Shown here in pieces: positions 27,935-38,271 of a DNA stretch of 64,000 nt; within the stretch, counting starts at the first letter, position 1; each line of letters begins with the position of its first letter. The notes beneath the pieces are model-generated. The model had not been told where the DNA came from, ran no database searches, and was given only the letters and a program-made list of their open reading frames with translations. The stretch spans positions 1,206 through 65,205 of the IMG/VR virus record IMGVR_UViG_3300023210_000001; one strand, 5' to 3'. Both the position numbers and the translations under genes were made by a program. This DNA comes from a virus. Its lineage: Duplodnaviria; Caudoviricetes.

Positions 27935-29595
27935 TCCGGCATCTCTTCTTTGCTGTGCCATGCTCGGACCTTCATGACCCCTTTCGGATTCGTCGCCGAA
28001 TACGAACGGTCGATCGATGTGATGTAAAACCGGGCGGGTCGAGGGAATCCGTGATTCGGAGCGGACACTTCGATGATGTCGTCCACTTCCAGGATCGGGA
28101 GAGACGCACAAACGATCTCGTAAGATTGCGACTTGACCAGTTCTCGTCGGAGCAGATTCTTCGCCATGTCCTTGCATTCAGTCAAGGTCGAAAGCCAATG
28201 GATCGTCGAGGTTCTTTCGATCACATCCGCCGTCTTCGTCCCCTTACGAACTGCGATCGCCCTCAATTCTTGATAAACATTTTCGAACGGTTCTCCGTAG
28301 ATTTCCAGATTCCATCTACCGATTCGTTGCATCGTTATCAACGCTCCCAACATTGCGGCGTTTTTGATGCCTTGTGTCGAGGTGCGTAATAACACCAATT
28401 CCGCTTTCGTGAAGTCGGACAACGGATTCCACCCGAACAAATCCAAACCTTCGATGACGAGATCGAGCAGAACCTCGAAAGCCGCCGCAGCGATCCATGT
28501 GATGGCGATCAGAGCGAAAACTTCCGGACCGTATCCGGTATCGAGCGTCAGTTTTCCGTGGAAGTCGTCGATCTGAGACCACGAGGCGGAACCTCCGAAT
28601 CCCGGTCGCTTCTTCGTCTGGACCGATGTGTTCTTCGCTCGTCGATTCTTGTCTTGCGAGTAATAGATATCCTGCGAATACGACGATTCGAAGTACCCGA
28701 GCGTGATGTCGACTTCGTTCAACGCTTTGTTCGATTGAAGAACTTCGGACAAATTCGAATCCAGACCGACGACCTCGACCGAATTCGTTTGTTGTCCGAG
28801 ATTTTGAACTCGTGTGATCGTGTTTATCTGGTCTTCCCTGAAAAACCAGATCGGCGGTTTCGTCAAAGAGAGATCGTGCGAGACCAACATTCCACGCCCG
28901 TCGAAATATGGTCTCCGTTGAACTGGTTTCATCAGTTCGTTCAGACCCTCCATCTTGCCGATCTGCGTCAATGCGTTCGCTTTGTGTTTCACCGTTTTGT
29001 CGAATCGTCCGAACATGATTTCTTCTCTGGTCAATCCGAGTTCGGTGATCGCCGTTTCTGTCGCCATGTCGCCGAGATCGCTTCCTCGATCGAAGTTCAC
29101 TCCGACGATGGTTTGTCGTTGAAAGGTTTGTGCCCTGCCGAAAGCCTGGACTCGGATTCTTCTCGGTTGTCCTCTCGCCGCCGTGTGTGCCCCCGGAAAG
29201 CCTCGAACGACTCCGGTGAACACGACGGGCCAGTCCTCCTTTGCGATCCGTGTATCGCCCTCGTAGACGACGACAGGCGTCCCGTCGCCGAACATCTTCT
29301 GGTCAATCTTCAAGCGACGAGCGGCGATCAACATCCCGTCTTTGTCGTCGATACGAATCGAAAAAGCCGCACGGGAAGAAATCGCACTTCCGCCGCCTTC
29401 GAAAACTTGATTCTGTGAGACCTGAGCGGTCTCGACGAACTGCGAGATATCGTACCGAGGACCGTTCCATCGGTTGGTTACGACCGATTGAGCATCGTCA
29501 AACTTCGGATTCCAGATACAGACCCGGTAGCCGGGGTTCCGCTGGTTCGTGTTCCAGATTTGGTCGAGTCTGGTTCCCTTGAATCCGTGAAGCAT
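27931..29595 (-). CDS. putative tail hub/baseplate (Tal-like) protein
   Basis: DISQFV, VFTGVV, PYFDGRG.L, LPILEVDDII..FYITSI hub-like motifs. Confidence 0.65.
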   Translation of the reverse strand: MLHGFKGTRLDQIWNTNQRNPGYRVCIWNPKFDDAQSVVTNRWNGPRYDISQFVETAQVSQNQVFEGGGSAISSRAAFSIRIDDKDGMLIAARRLKIDQKMFGDGTPVVVYEGDTRIAKEDWPVVFTGVVRGFPGAHTAARGQPRRIRVQAFGRAQTFQRQTIVGVNFDRGSDLGDMATETAITELGLTREEIMFGRFDKTVKHKANALTQIGKMEGLNELMKPVQRRPYFDGRGMLVSHDLSLTKPPIWFFREDQINTITRVQNLGQQTNSVEVVGLDSNLSEVLQSNKALNEVDITLGYFESSYSQDIYYSQDKNRRAKNTSVQTKKRPGFGGSASWSQIDDFHGKLTLDTGYGPEVFALIAITWIAAAAFEVLLDLVIEGLDLFGWNPLSDFTKAELVLLRTSTQGIKNAAMLGALITMQRIGRWNLEIYGEPFENVYQELRAIAVRKGTKTADVIERTSTIHWLSTLTECKDMAKNLLRRELVKSQSYEIVCASLPILEVDDIIEVSAPNHGFPRPARFYITSIDRSYSATNPKGVMKVRAWHSKEEMPE

Positions 29596-29907
29596 CTATT
29601 TCTCCAGAAGTTTCTTCATCGCCTCGTGAAGTGCCAGCGTCGCTTGTTGTAGATTGTTGATGCCGTGGTAAATCTTGTCGACTCGTTCTTCGGTGCCTCG
29701 TTTTCTGTACCAGATCGGTGCCCCGTCCTGATCGTAGACTCGATGCATTTCGTAGAGTCGCTCGATCTTCTTTTCGAGTTCTCGGTATCTCGGGTCGTCC
29801 TCGCACTTCGATTTCTTTTCCTGTTGCGTCTTCGAATACGAAAGGAACTCACGGACAAGGAACAGGGCGAACAGTCCGCCGATGCCGATCTCGGTGAGGT
29901 AATCCAT
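29596..29907 (-). CDS. small membrane protein (N-terminal TM plus coiled coil)
   Basis: EIGIGGLFALFLVREF. Confidence 0.55.
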   Translation of the reverse strand: MDYLTEIGIGGLFALFLVREFLSYSKTQQEKKSKCEDDPRYRELEKKIERLYEMHRVYDQDGAPIWYRKRGTEERVDKIYHGINNLQQATLALHEAMKKLLEK

Positions 29908-31838
29908 TACGATCCCGAGACATTAGAGAGGAAGAGCGTGTTCGTGTTTCCGTTTTGGCCTTCGAGATAAATGGTGTAATGACCGTTCTGGTCGATCAGA
30001 TTCGGACTCGAAGCACTGAGAGAGATACTTGCCGAAGTGGTCGAGTTCGCAAGAGTCCCCGATTGAACCAATGCGGTTCCGCCGAGTTTCGGAAGAAAGT
30101 TGATCCGATAAGTGAACGAAGTTGACTGGTTATGTCCTGTTCCGATGTTGAACAGCAGCGTGTTGTTCGAAGAAGGTATACCGGGTGAGAATTGAAGCGT
30201 GCTGATCGTCGGAGCAACGACGACTCCGCCATCAACCGATCCGTCGTCGTCGAAGTGGATATAGGTCGGATCGGATGATCCGAAGTCGTTGGCGGCCCAT
30301 ATCGCAACCGATTTCGGAGAGGTGGCGAATCCGAACGCCAGCGTACTGATCGTCGCCGGTGTCGATGCCGAGTATGGGAAGGATACAGACTTCAGTTCTC
30401 CGGAAGTCACATCGGCGAAGGTGTCGGAAGAGGATTGAGCCGCCCCCGTGTTCGTGATCCCGGCACCGATGCTGCGGCAATAAACAGTCGCATCGGTATT
30501 GGGCCATCCGAAGTCGGAAATCGTCACGGATCCGAGGTCCGTGGTAAAGTTGAAATCAGATCCCGCAACCGCCACCGTCGGAGGAGACGGAAGAAGTCCG
30601 GTGTCGGCGGTGGCGGTTGCGTAGATAATCGAGTTCCCTTTGACGGTTCCGTCTTCACTTTGGATCTCTGCGATAATCAGATCCGCTTCCTGTAGCGTCG
30701 CATTCAGCGTGATCGTCTTCTGCGTCAACGCTGCCGTCGGATAGGTCTCGGTCTGCGTTCCGCTGGCGACATTTGCGATGGCTGTCCCCGGACCCGCTTC
30801 GGAGTTTCCGCCTTTGTAACCCGTCAGGAAGTAGCGATATCCGGTTTGAGTGGTTCCGCCAGAATCCGTTCCGTAGCCTTCGGGATCGACAATGATGTCC
30901 GGCCCGTCAATAACATCGCCGCCGGGAGGATGCCCGGTTGACGGCGGGACATCGGGAGATTCGCCGCTGCCCGCAACACAATCAGAGAAGATCAGATAAG
31001 CATACCCGAGGACAAAATCAGCCGATCCGGTTTCCGCACGGAACTGGAATTGTAAGTTGTACATCTGTCCGCTATTTGTCGGAGTGAAGTCTATCGAAGT
31101 CAGTTCCTCGATCGGGATCTCTCCGGTCAAATCGGTGACTAAAGAAACCCCGGAAGTGGTCCACACTTGAACTGTCTTCATTCCGCCGTATGGTTTTGCG
31201 ATGTTCAACTCGGTCGCAACGCCGCTCGCTCCGTGTTGTCTCCCGATCTCGTCGTTCCAAGTCGGGAAGAACGAAAACGGAATGGGGAAAGTCTCGCTTC
31301 CGTCGATCTCGGCGGAAGAGACCGACCGATATCGACTATCTGTCGAAGTGATCGCCCCACGAACGACGACGATGTTCTCTGGAGCATCTTGGACATAGAC
31401 TTGCTGTTCGATTTTCCGATTCAAGTTGGTGTGTATACGGATCAGACTTCGTTTCGCCGACGACCCGCTAGGGATCTGTCCGCCGTCCCCGGCGATCAGA
31501 TCTGCGGAAAACGCCATCGTCGAAGTGTTCGTCGTGAACAGTGCCTTGATCGAAATCGCTCCCGCCGCCGAAGTCCCATCGTCGTTGACTTCTTGGATCG
31601 TCGCCGAGTTTATCGTTTCGCTGTACTCGGCCATCCCGAACTTCAATCGAAGGACCGCACCGTTTCCGACCACTGTAGCGAAAGCACCCCCGACCGGATC
31701 GTGCCGTTGAGTCCCCACGATGGGATTCTTCGCCGACGACCCGGCTCGGTTCAAGAGGATCGAAACTCGGTCCTCGTAGTTGACATGGTTTCGGATCGGT
31801 GCCGGGACGGGCTGTGGTGGATTCGAGAGGAGCGACAT
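29907..31838 (-). CDS. putative tail protein with Ig/FN3-like beta domains
   Basis: 643 aa, S/T/G-rich, located in the tail operon. Confidence 0.55.
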   Translation of the reverse strand: MSLLSNPPQPVPAPIRNHVNYEDRVSILLNRAGSSAKNPIVGTQRHDPVGGAFATVVGNGAVLRLKFGMAEYSETINSATIQEVNDDGTSAAGAISIKALFTTNTSTMAFSADLIAGDGGQIPSGSSAKRSLIRIHTNLNRKIEQQVYVQDAPENIVVVRGAITSTDSRYRSVSSAEIDGSETFPIPFSFFPTWNDEIGRQHGASGVATELNIAKPYGGMKTVQVWTTSGVSLVTDLTGEIPIEELTSIDFTPTNSGQMYNLQFQFRAETGSADFVLGYAYLIFSDCVAGSGESPDVPPSTGHPPGGDVIDGPDIIVDPEGYGTDSGGTTQTGYRYFLTGYKGGNSEAGPGTAIANVASGTQTETYPTAALTQKTITLNATLQEADLIIAEIQSEDGTVKGNSIIYATATADTGLLPSPPTVAVAGSDFNFTTDLGSVTISDFGWPNTDATVYCRSIGAGITNTGAAQSSSDTFADVTSGELKSVSFPYSASTPATISTLAFGFATSPKSVAIWAANDFGSSDPTYIHFDDDGSVDGGVVVAPTISTLQFSPGIPSSNNTLLFNIGTGHNQSTSFTYRINFLPKLGGTALVQSGTLANSTTSASISLSASSPNLIDQNGHYTIYLEGQNGNTNTLFLSNVSGS

Positions 31839-32581
31839 CAGCGTCCTTCCATTACAAGCAATGAGTCGATCAACGGCATCGGTCGGAGCAGTTTGAAGGA
31901 GAAGGTGATCTGCTTGTCGAGGTACGAGTCGATCGAGGTGTTCGCCCTCGGTCGGATTTCACGGACATCGAGATCGGAACCTCCGACCGAAAGGCTCAAC
32001 GGTTGGATCAGGTGGCGTTGAAACCCGAGATCCTTCGGGATCCAACCGACCGCACGACCGAGTGCTGGTTCCGTGATTCGGAACAGATGCAGCGTGTCGA
32101 AGAACTCCGCCAGGGCCGAAAGTCGATTTCCGCCACCCTCCCAGATTTCGGAGATTATCACATCGTCCCATGCCTGTAGGTCTCGGATCGTAATATTCGA
32201 AGAGAGCGTCGGTGTCGTCAGGATCTTGTGCCGTCGTGTCGCCGATCGGTAATAGTTGACGGTCCGGTCCGGGTTGTCCGGATACTCGATCGGCGTGTCG
32301 TAACCAGGATGGTAAATACAACGCCGAAGCGTGATATTGTTCGGTCGTTTGTAGCGGAGACCCAGTTGATCGAAACTCCCGGTGTCGGAGACGGCCAATG
32401 TCGTCGCCGCTGTGCCACTCGGGAAGTTCTCGGTCGTTGTACCCCAGGGAGCGTGAGAAGTCGTCAGGAGCGGGACACCAGAGGCTCTCGGAACCGCTCT
32501 CGCTTGCTGCGGAACCCGTGCCAACCCGGAGACACCGAGGTTCGATTGCGGATTCGTATCGACGAATCTTTGCGAGATCAT
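31838..32581 (-). CDS. putative distal tail protein
   Basis: Position after the tape measure gene. Confidence 0.45.
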   Translation of the reverse strand: MISQRFVDTNPQSNLGVSGLARVPQQARAVPRASGVPLLTTSHAPWGTTTENFPSGTAATTLAVSDTGSFDQLGLRYKRPNNITLRRCIYHPGYDTPIEYPDNPDRTVNYYRSATRRHKILTTPTLSSNITIRDLQAWDDVIISEIWEGGGNRLSALAEFFDTLHLFRITEPALGRAVGWIPKDLGFQRHLIQPLSLSVGGSDLDVREIRPRANTSIDSYLDKQITFSFKLLRPMPLIDSLLVMEGR

Positions 32582-33408
32582 ACCGTTGATCCCGTGGTTC
32601 CGTCTCCAGTTCCGGTTCCGAAGAGATTGTCCGCCGGGTCAGCGTCGATCTTCTGTTCGAACAGGGTTCGGAGATTCCTCGGCAGAAGGTTGTCAGCGGT
32701 GATCGTGTAAACTCCGACCTCGCCCGTATCGCCGCCCGGTGAAGTTCGTGGATCGGCTTGATTCAAACGGTCGGTCCATTTCCCAGCCGCAGCAGCATTC
32801 GTCTTGTCGTCGAAGTTCCGGAGACGGCATTCGGTGATGTTCCCGTCGTCGTCATACAGGAAAGCATCGACAACTTGATGTTCGCCGAGCAACCCGAGCA
32901 TTCGGCGTTGTCGAGGCATGAGGACATCTCGTTGATTCTTTTCGACGGTCCACAATCGACCGAGGATCGTGTTCGGTGCGGCAAGCATCGCTGCGTCACT
33001 ATCGGAGGTTTGTAGGTCCGTTAGTTTCTCGATCCCGACTCCTCGAACGATCTGGAACGGTTGAACAGTTGTCTCTGCTTGCCCTGACTGATAGCAGATA
33101 ATCAGTCCAGTATCGCCGTAAGCCCAGTTATCAGATGTCGGCGTGTAAAATGTTGCCGGAGCAAAGAAATCGTCAGCGATAGCACTGCCGTCAAGGAGAT
33201 CATTGGTTGCATCCAGACCGCAACTGTTCATTGTGTACGGCGAGCCGGAGTGGTCGGTAGGTCGATTGGATTGGCCAGTCGAAGTCGAGATTTTATGAAC
33301 TTCGTATTCGTTCAAGCCCAGAGAATTCTCGTGGACAAGAAACTTAATTGCTTCTCCTAATGCGATCTGGAGATAGCCGTGACCTGATCCGCTAAATGTT
33401 GTCGCCAT
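32578..33408 (-). CDS. putative tail protein
   Basis: Immediately follows the tape measure gene. Confidence 0.45.
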   Translation of the reverse strand: MATTFSGSGHGYLQIALGEAIKFLVHENSLGLNEYEVHKISTSTGQSNRPTDHSGSPYTMNSCGLDATNDLLDGSAIADDFFAPATFYTPTSDNWAYGDTGLIICYQSGQAETTVQPFQIVRGVGIEKLTDLQTSDSDAAMLAAPNTILGRLWTVEKNQRDVLMPRQRRMLGLLGEHQVVDAFLYDDDGNITECRLRNFDDKTNAAAAGKWTDRLNQADPRTSPGGDTGEVGVYTITADNLLPRNLRTLFEQKIDADPADNLFGTGTGDGTTGSTV

Positions 33409-33415
33409 TTTTCCC

Positions 33416-36400
33416 CTATGTCAGAGCGGCAGGTCCAAGCCCGCCGCTGGTGAGACCGCTATCCTCGATGGATTGTAGCGTATCCCGTATCTCTGTGAGA
33501 AGGCTTTCGACTCCTCGGTTTGCTTCTCGGATCGACGATCCGATCTGAGAGATTGCAACATTCTCCGGTCCTGCGACCACTCCTCGGACCGTGGTTGAAG
33601 AGGCGATGATCTCCTCGGTCGGGATTTCCGTGATGTTCGCCGTGTTTTCCCGTTGAGAAAGGAATCCGATGAATCCCATGATCGCACCGAAGCCTTCTGA
33701 GCCGACGAATTTCTTCATACCTTCGCCGAACAAACTTCCCATCGAATCGGCGATGTTCGACACCGCCTTCGTCACGGACATTTCGAAATCTCCGGTAAAC
33801 GATTTCGTGAAAAGTTTGAACGCATCTTCTCCGGTCTTCGCCGCCTCGATCAACGAACTCCCCATCGTGTCGCTGACCCTGGTCAATCGAAGTTCTTCTT
33901 TTGTTTTTTCGACGGTTTTGTTTTTCAGATCGAACAGTTTTCTCGCCGCCGCCAGAATTGCATCTTGTTCCAGGACAAGCATCCCGGAGACCGAAAGTTC
34001 CTGAGCCAACGATTCGAGAAAATTGTCTTGAGCGATCAATCTTCGAGCGTCGTCGGTTAATCCGACGAGAGCGAGATCTTCTCGGGCTTCTTTTATTTGT
34101 TGCTCGAACTCGATGCTCTTCGTTCTGTATTCTTCGTTCCCGATTTTCCCGTCTTCGAGGGCAATCAGTTGGCGAGCGAGATCGAGAATTTCGTTCCTTT
34201 TCCCTGCGTCCGCCCCGAGCGTCTCCAATTGTTTTTCGAGGACTCCGAGATATTCCTCTTCCGCCATTCGACGCAACTCGGATCCGACCAGTCCGATCGA
34301 CGCCGATTCTTGTCGAATCTTTTTGATTCTCTCTTCGAGGTCGATTCGTAACTGTTCCACCGTTCCGAATCGTTCCAGATCCAATTGTTGTCCGGCTAGA
34401 TCGATGATCGTTTGTTTCGCTTCGATGTGTCCATCGTATTCGTCGAGTTGTCGACGGAGAGCGGCTAGTATGTTGTCCTCTTCCTGGATTCGTTGTTCGG
34501 CTCCTTCGAGTCCGAGAGCAACATTCGCCGCCTCCGTGTCTTCGATTTTGTTGAGGATTTCGAGTCGTGCTTTTTCGAGTTCTTCGAGTTCTTTCGTCGC
34601 TTCAATCTTTCGCTCGTCGAAGATCTTGCTCTTCTTTTGTGCGATACTTTGGGCCAAGGTTACGGAGTCGACGACGCCTTGAAGAGTTATCGCCATTTCT
34701 ATAGATTCGAGTCTGTCCGTGTACAGAGCGTTGACATCTTTCGAGATCCGTTTGTGTTCCGCCATGAGAGTGTTCGCAGCGTTGAGAACTTCGCTCATGG
34801 ACTTAAGTCGATCGTTCAAGAACGCATCGGCGATCCCCTCCGCATCCAACCCTCCAACCTGTCCGACGGTCATCTCGGCCTGGAGTCGATCGTTTGCGTC
34901 CAGCGGTTCGAACCCGTGTTCGGTTCCATCCTTGATCTTTTTTCTTTCGAGTTCCATCTGTTTGTCGAACTCTTCCACGACTTCCGTGATCCGTTTTTCG
35001 AGTTCTTCGACCGTCAGTCCGGTGACATTTGCGAAGATCCCGTCGACGCCTTCTTGGATGTTTTTCAGACCGCCGTCGAGCAAGACATCCGCTTCCGTGA
35101 TCCCGTCGTTCGCTTGTTCGGTCAATCTCTCCTGCAACTCACCGACCCGACGCTCTTCTCGGTCGATGAACTTGCTGAGTTTTGCGATTTCGGACAGTCG
35201 GGCCTCTTGTGTTTTTTCCAGGTCTTTCATCAGTTGAATCTGAGAACCGGCAATCGTTCCCGCCCGATCTTCCACCACGAGCCGATATAAAAGTTCCTCC
35301 GATCCTTCAAAGTCCGACAGTTCTCTCTTTGCGGTTTTCAGTTCCTTTTCCGGATCTTTCAAATGCAGTCGAATCAAAACATCGTCGAATCTGTCAAACA
35401 CTTCCTCAAATATGCTTCCGATAGGAGCCAACGCCTTCAAGAATTGATTTCCCGCCGACTTGAACAACGCAAATATCACGGCACGATTGTCGACGAAGAC
35501 TTTCATGAACGCTCCGCCGATCAGTTGACCGACGCCCAACCAGATCGTCAGATGAGATTTGACGAGATTTCCGAAAAACGCTCCGATCCTTTCCGGGTGA
35601 GTCAACAAAGAGATCAAATTGTCGCCGGTGCTGGAAACCACTTCCTCGATCGCCGTCTTGACCACGACCAGGGCGATACCCAGATCTTCGAAAAACTTGT
35701 TGATCCCGGGAGCGTGTTCGGTGATCCAATTCGAAATGCTCTCCAACGCCGAACCCAAACTGAAAGCAATCGAATCTTGAAGCGGGATCGCATTCAATTG
35801 TTGAAGTGATCCGATGAACGATCCCATCGCCGGAGCGACACGAACCGAAAGATTCGTGAAAAAGTTCGAGAACGACGACCCTATTTGTTGGAACTTGAGT
35901 GCGAAGGTGTCAACCTCGTCTCCGAGTTTCCCGAGAGCGTGTCGACCTCCGTCGAGCGTTGCCGTCAAGAACGCAACCCGTTTGTCGCTGTCGGTTAATT
36001 CTTCGACCAGTATTCCGAGTTTCGATGCATAAGCCTCGTTCGCCTTAGTAACTTGGACGATCAATCCGAGGTTGTCGAGGATTAGTCTACTTTGTCGACC
36101 GATCCCGACCACGATATCCGTCAACGCTTCTTCTGACGATCGCCCCGTTGCTTGACCGAGACGACGAGCGATTCGGAAGATCTCGGCCATTTCTTCGATG
36201 TTGCTACCGACTCCGAGGATCGCTGCGTTTGAGACTTGCGTCATGATCGCCATGTCGGAGACGGTTCCACGCATCGCATCTCGGAAGATACGCAAAGCCT
36301 CGGGAGCCGTGGTTCCGAGCGTTAAAGATAATTGTCGAAATGCGACCGCAGCCTGTGTTGCTTGTTCCGCTTGTTGTGCCAACTTTAAAAGAGCGAATCC

Positions 36401-36679
36401 TCCAGCCAACGCACCGAGAGCCATACGCATCGGATTCAACTTCGCCACGACATTACCGATCGCCGACTTCACCTTTTTTAGTGCTTTGACGAAAGTTCTC
36501 ATCGGGAGAGTCAAGGCTTTGAACGAAGCCTTGCCGACCCTGGCGATCGCTTTGAATGTGGCGGTGATGGCCTTCCCGATGGTCTTCACCGTTGAACCTG
36601 CGGTGCGAACTCCTGCGAGGAAGCCGGTATTGTCGAGCGTGATGGTCGCCGTTATCGCTCCGACATTGAACTCAGCCAT
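33416..36679 (-). CDS. tape measure protein
   Basis: NVGAITATITLD N-terminus, GIGRQSRLILDNLG, long helical/coiled regions; follows the chaperones. Confidence 0.9.
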   Translation of the reverse strand: MAEFNVGAITATITLDNTGFLAGVRTAGSTVKTIGKAITATFKAIARVGKASFKALTLPMRTFVKALKKVKSAIGNVVAKLNPMRMALGALAGGFALLKLAQQAEQATQAAVAFRQLSLTLGTTAPEALRIFRDAMRGTVSDMAIMTQVSNAAILGVGSNIEEMAEIFRIARRLGQATGRSSEEALTDIVVGIGRQSRLILDNLGLIVQVTKANEAYASKLGILVEELTDSDKRVAFLTATLDGGRHALGKLGDEVDTFALKFQQIGSSFSNFFTNLSVRVAPAMGSFIGSLQQLNAIPLQDSIAFSLGSALESISNWITEHAPGINKFFEDLGIALVVVKTAIEEVVSSTGDNLISLLTHPERIGAFFGNLVKSHLTIWLGVGQLIGGAFMKVFVDNRAVIFALFKSAGNQFLKALAPIGSIFEEVFDRFDDVLIRLHLKDPEKELKTAKRELSDFEGSEELLYRLVVEDRAGTIAGSQIQLMKDLEKTQEARLSEIAKLSKFIDREERRVGELQERLTEQANDGITEADVLLDGGLKNIQEGVDGIFANVTGLTVEELEKRITEVVEEFDKQMELERKKIKDGTEHGFEPLDANDRLQAEMTVGQVGGLDAEGIADAFLNDRLKSMSEVLNAANTLMAEHKRISKDVNALYTDRLESIEMAITLQGVVDSVTLAQSIAQKKSKIFDERKIEATKELEELEKARLEILNKIEDTEAANVALGLEGAEQRIQEEDNILAALRRQLDEYDGHIEAKQTIIDLAGQQLDLERFGTVEQLRIDLEERIKKIRQESASIGLVGSELRRMAEEEYLGVLEKQLETLGADAGKRNEILDLARQLIALEDGKIGNEEYRTKSIEFEQQIKEAREDLALVGLTDDARRLIAQDNFLESLAQELSVSGMLVLEQDAILAAARKLFDLKNKTVEKTKEELRLTRVSDTMGSSLIEAAKTGEDAFKLFTKSFTGDFEMSVTKAVSNIADSMGSLFGEGMKKFVGSEGFGAIMGFIGFLSQRENTANITEIPTEEIIASSTTVRGVVAGPENVAISQIGSSIREANRGVESLLTEIRDTLQSIEDSGLTSGGLGPAALT

Positions 36680-37040
36680 CCAGTACCCCGAGCATTTTGT
36701 TCAACTCTTGCACCATTGCCGTAGCATCCTTTTCTCGACTGTGAGATTGTTCGATCGTCGAATCGGTTTCCTTCAAAAACTTCTCAAGAGGCTTTTTCGA
36801 GAGCATGGAAGAGGCTCCCAACGCAACCGCAAGAGTCCGATCTCTTTGTTTCTCAACCGCTCTGATCTTGAAGTAACGAAACGCATCAACGAGTCGAGAG
36901 AAATGCCACCCATCATGCCAACCGTAGATGGTCGCCTCGGACAAGCCGTTTTCCAACAAGAACAAAAGCAATTCGTCGATCGGGTATTCTTGCTCCCCTA
37001 GTTCCCCCCCAGGGGCGTCGCCTTCAGGAGCCTCTTCCAC
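36672..37040 (-). CDS. tail assembly chaperone frameshift extension (gpT-like)
   Basis: -1 frame relative to 36998..37441, entered at G GGA AAG. Confidence 0.8.
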   Translation of the reverse strand: MEEAPEGDAPGGELGEQEYPIDELLLFLLENGLSEATIYGWHDGWHFSRLVDAFRYFKIRAVEKQRDRTLAVALGASSMLSKKPLEKFLKETDSTIEQSHSREKDATAMVQELNKMLGVLDG

Positions 37041-37441
37041 TTTCCCATCGTTTTCTCCGTCAAGTTCGTTTCGATCACCGAGGAAAGCAAATCAACGAAG
37101 TCGTCGAGAGACAGTTGATCCATCACTCGGTCCTTCGTGATCTGTTGCTTCCCGTCGGAGAGCGTCGTCGATTCGACGATGATGTAAGTCAGTTCGTCAG
37201 CACACGATTCGAGAACTTGCGGAATCATCGCCACAATATCCCCGACCTGCATCGTCCCGCCTTCGGACTTGGAATCAATGAGGCTGAATACCTCGCCGAC
37301 GACTCGGGCAAGGGTAGAACCCATCACCATAGCCTTCCGCACGGACCACTTTTTGATCCGTATCTTTTCCCCGTCTTCGAGCGTGACGATCGAATCTTTT
37401 CCGAACGCTTTCTCGATCGCCACCGTCGTTTTCTCGGTCAT
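36998..37441 (-). CDS. tail assembly chaperone (gpG-like)
   Basis: Lies between the major tail and tape measure genes; carries a slippery site. Confidence 0.8.
   Translation of the reverse strand: MTEKTTVAIEKAFGKDSIVTLEDGEKIRIKKWSVRKAMVMGSTLARVVGEVFSLIDSKSEGGTMQVGDIVAMIPQVLESCADELTYIIVESTTLSDGKQQITKDRVMDQLSLDDFVDLLSSVIETNLTEKTMGKWKRLLKATPLGGN
37040..37046 (-). other. -1 ribosomal frameshift site GGGAAAG
   Basis: ATG GGA AAG in the gpG frame, the same heptamer as lambda G/T. Confidence 0.85.
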
Positions 37442-37468
37442 CGTGAAACCCCTTCTTCACAGGTTATT

Positions 37469-38260
37469 CTAGACATCGGTCTTGAAGTACGAACGACCGA
37501 TCAGGCCGTTCTTGACCAGACTGGTGATGGTGATCGGCAAGGACTGTAAGCCGTCCACCGGAATGTTCATCGGCCCGCTCGGAGTGACCAACGCATCGTC
37601 GAGTTCCATGATCTGGAGTACGCCGCCCTCGTTGTTGAGAATGTGGAACTGAACGCCGCCGTGATAGTTCGTCTCTCCGAAGAGTTCCGTCTTCGTCGCC
37701 GCCGTCAGAGCCACCGTGTAATCGACTCGGATCTTCGTTGCGTCTTCGATGGTGGCTGCGGTGCTGCCAGCGGAGATGACTCCGGTGGATTCGTTGATGG
37801 CGTATCCGGTGACAGCGGTCAATGCGGTTTCGTCGCCTTCGAGATACACCACCACCGAACTTGCGACAGGGATATTCGACAGGGTGAAGGTGTCGCCCGC
37901 TGCATCCTCGCTGAGAACCTCGGAGAACGGGTAGTTGATCGTCCCGGTGTCATCAGGGGCACCGCCATACAATGCGAGCCTGAGGTTGTCGCCGTTGATC
38001 TCGTTCAGCGTCGCATCAATCGTCAACGAACGAGAGTTCATGATCCGTTTCGCCAGAGCATTCTTCCCGTCGTGAACGGAGAAGTGTTCGAGGAACTCCG
38101 CCGCCGGGGTACAAGTGAGATCGGAAAGGTCGCCAAGGTCACGCCATTTCTGGTTAGCGACCGCAACCGTCTCGTCTTTGAAAAACAATTTCACGCCGTG
38201 GGCGATCGATGTGTTTCTCGAAAGGTTAGGGGTAGGAAAACCCGCCACCATGTCAGCCAT
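37469..38260 (-). CDS. major tail tube protein
   Basis: WRDLGD, TL.EIN.DNL.LAL pattern; position. Confidence 0.75.
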   Translation of the reverse strand: MADMVAGFPTPNLSRNTSIAHGVKLFFKDETVAVANQKWRDLGDLSDLTCTPAAEFLEHFSVHDGKNALAKRIMNSRSLTIDATLNEINGDNLRLALYGGAPDDTGTINYPFSEVLSEDAAGDTFTLSNIPVASSVVVYLEGDETALTAVTGYAINESTGVISAGSTAATIEDATKIRVDYTVALTAATKTELFGETNYHGGVQFHILNNEGGVLQIMELDDALVTPSGPMNIPVDGLQSLPITITSLVKNGLIGRSYFKTDV

Positions 38261-38271
38261 TTTGATTTCTC

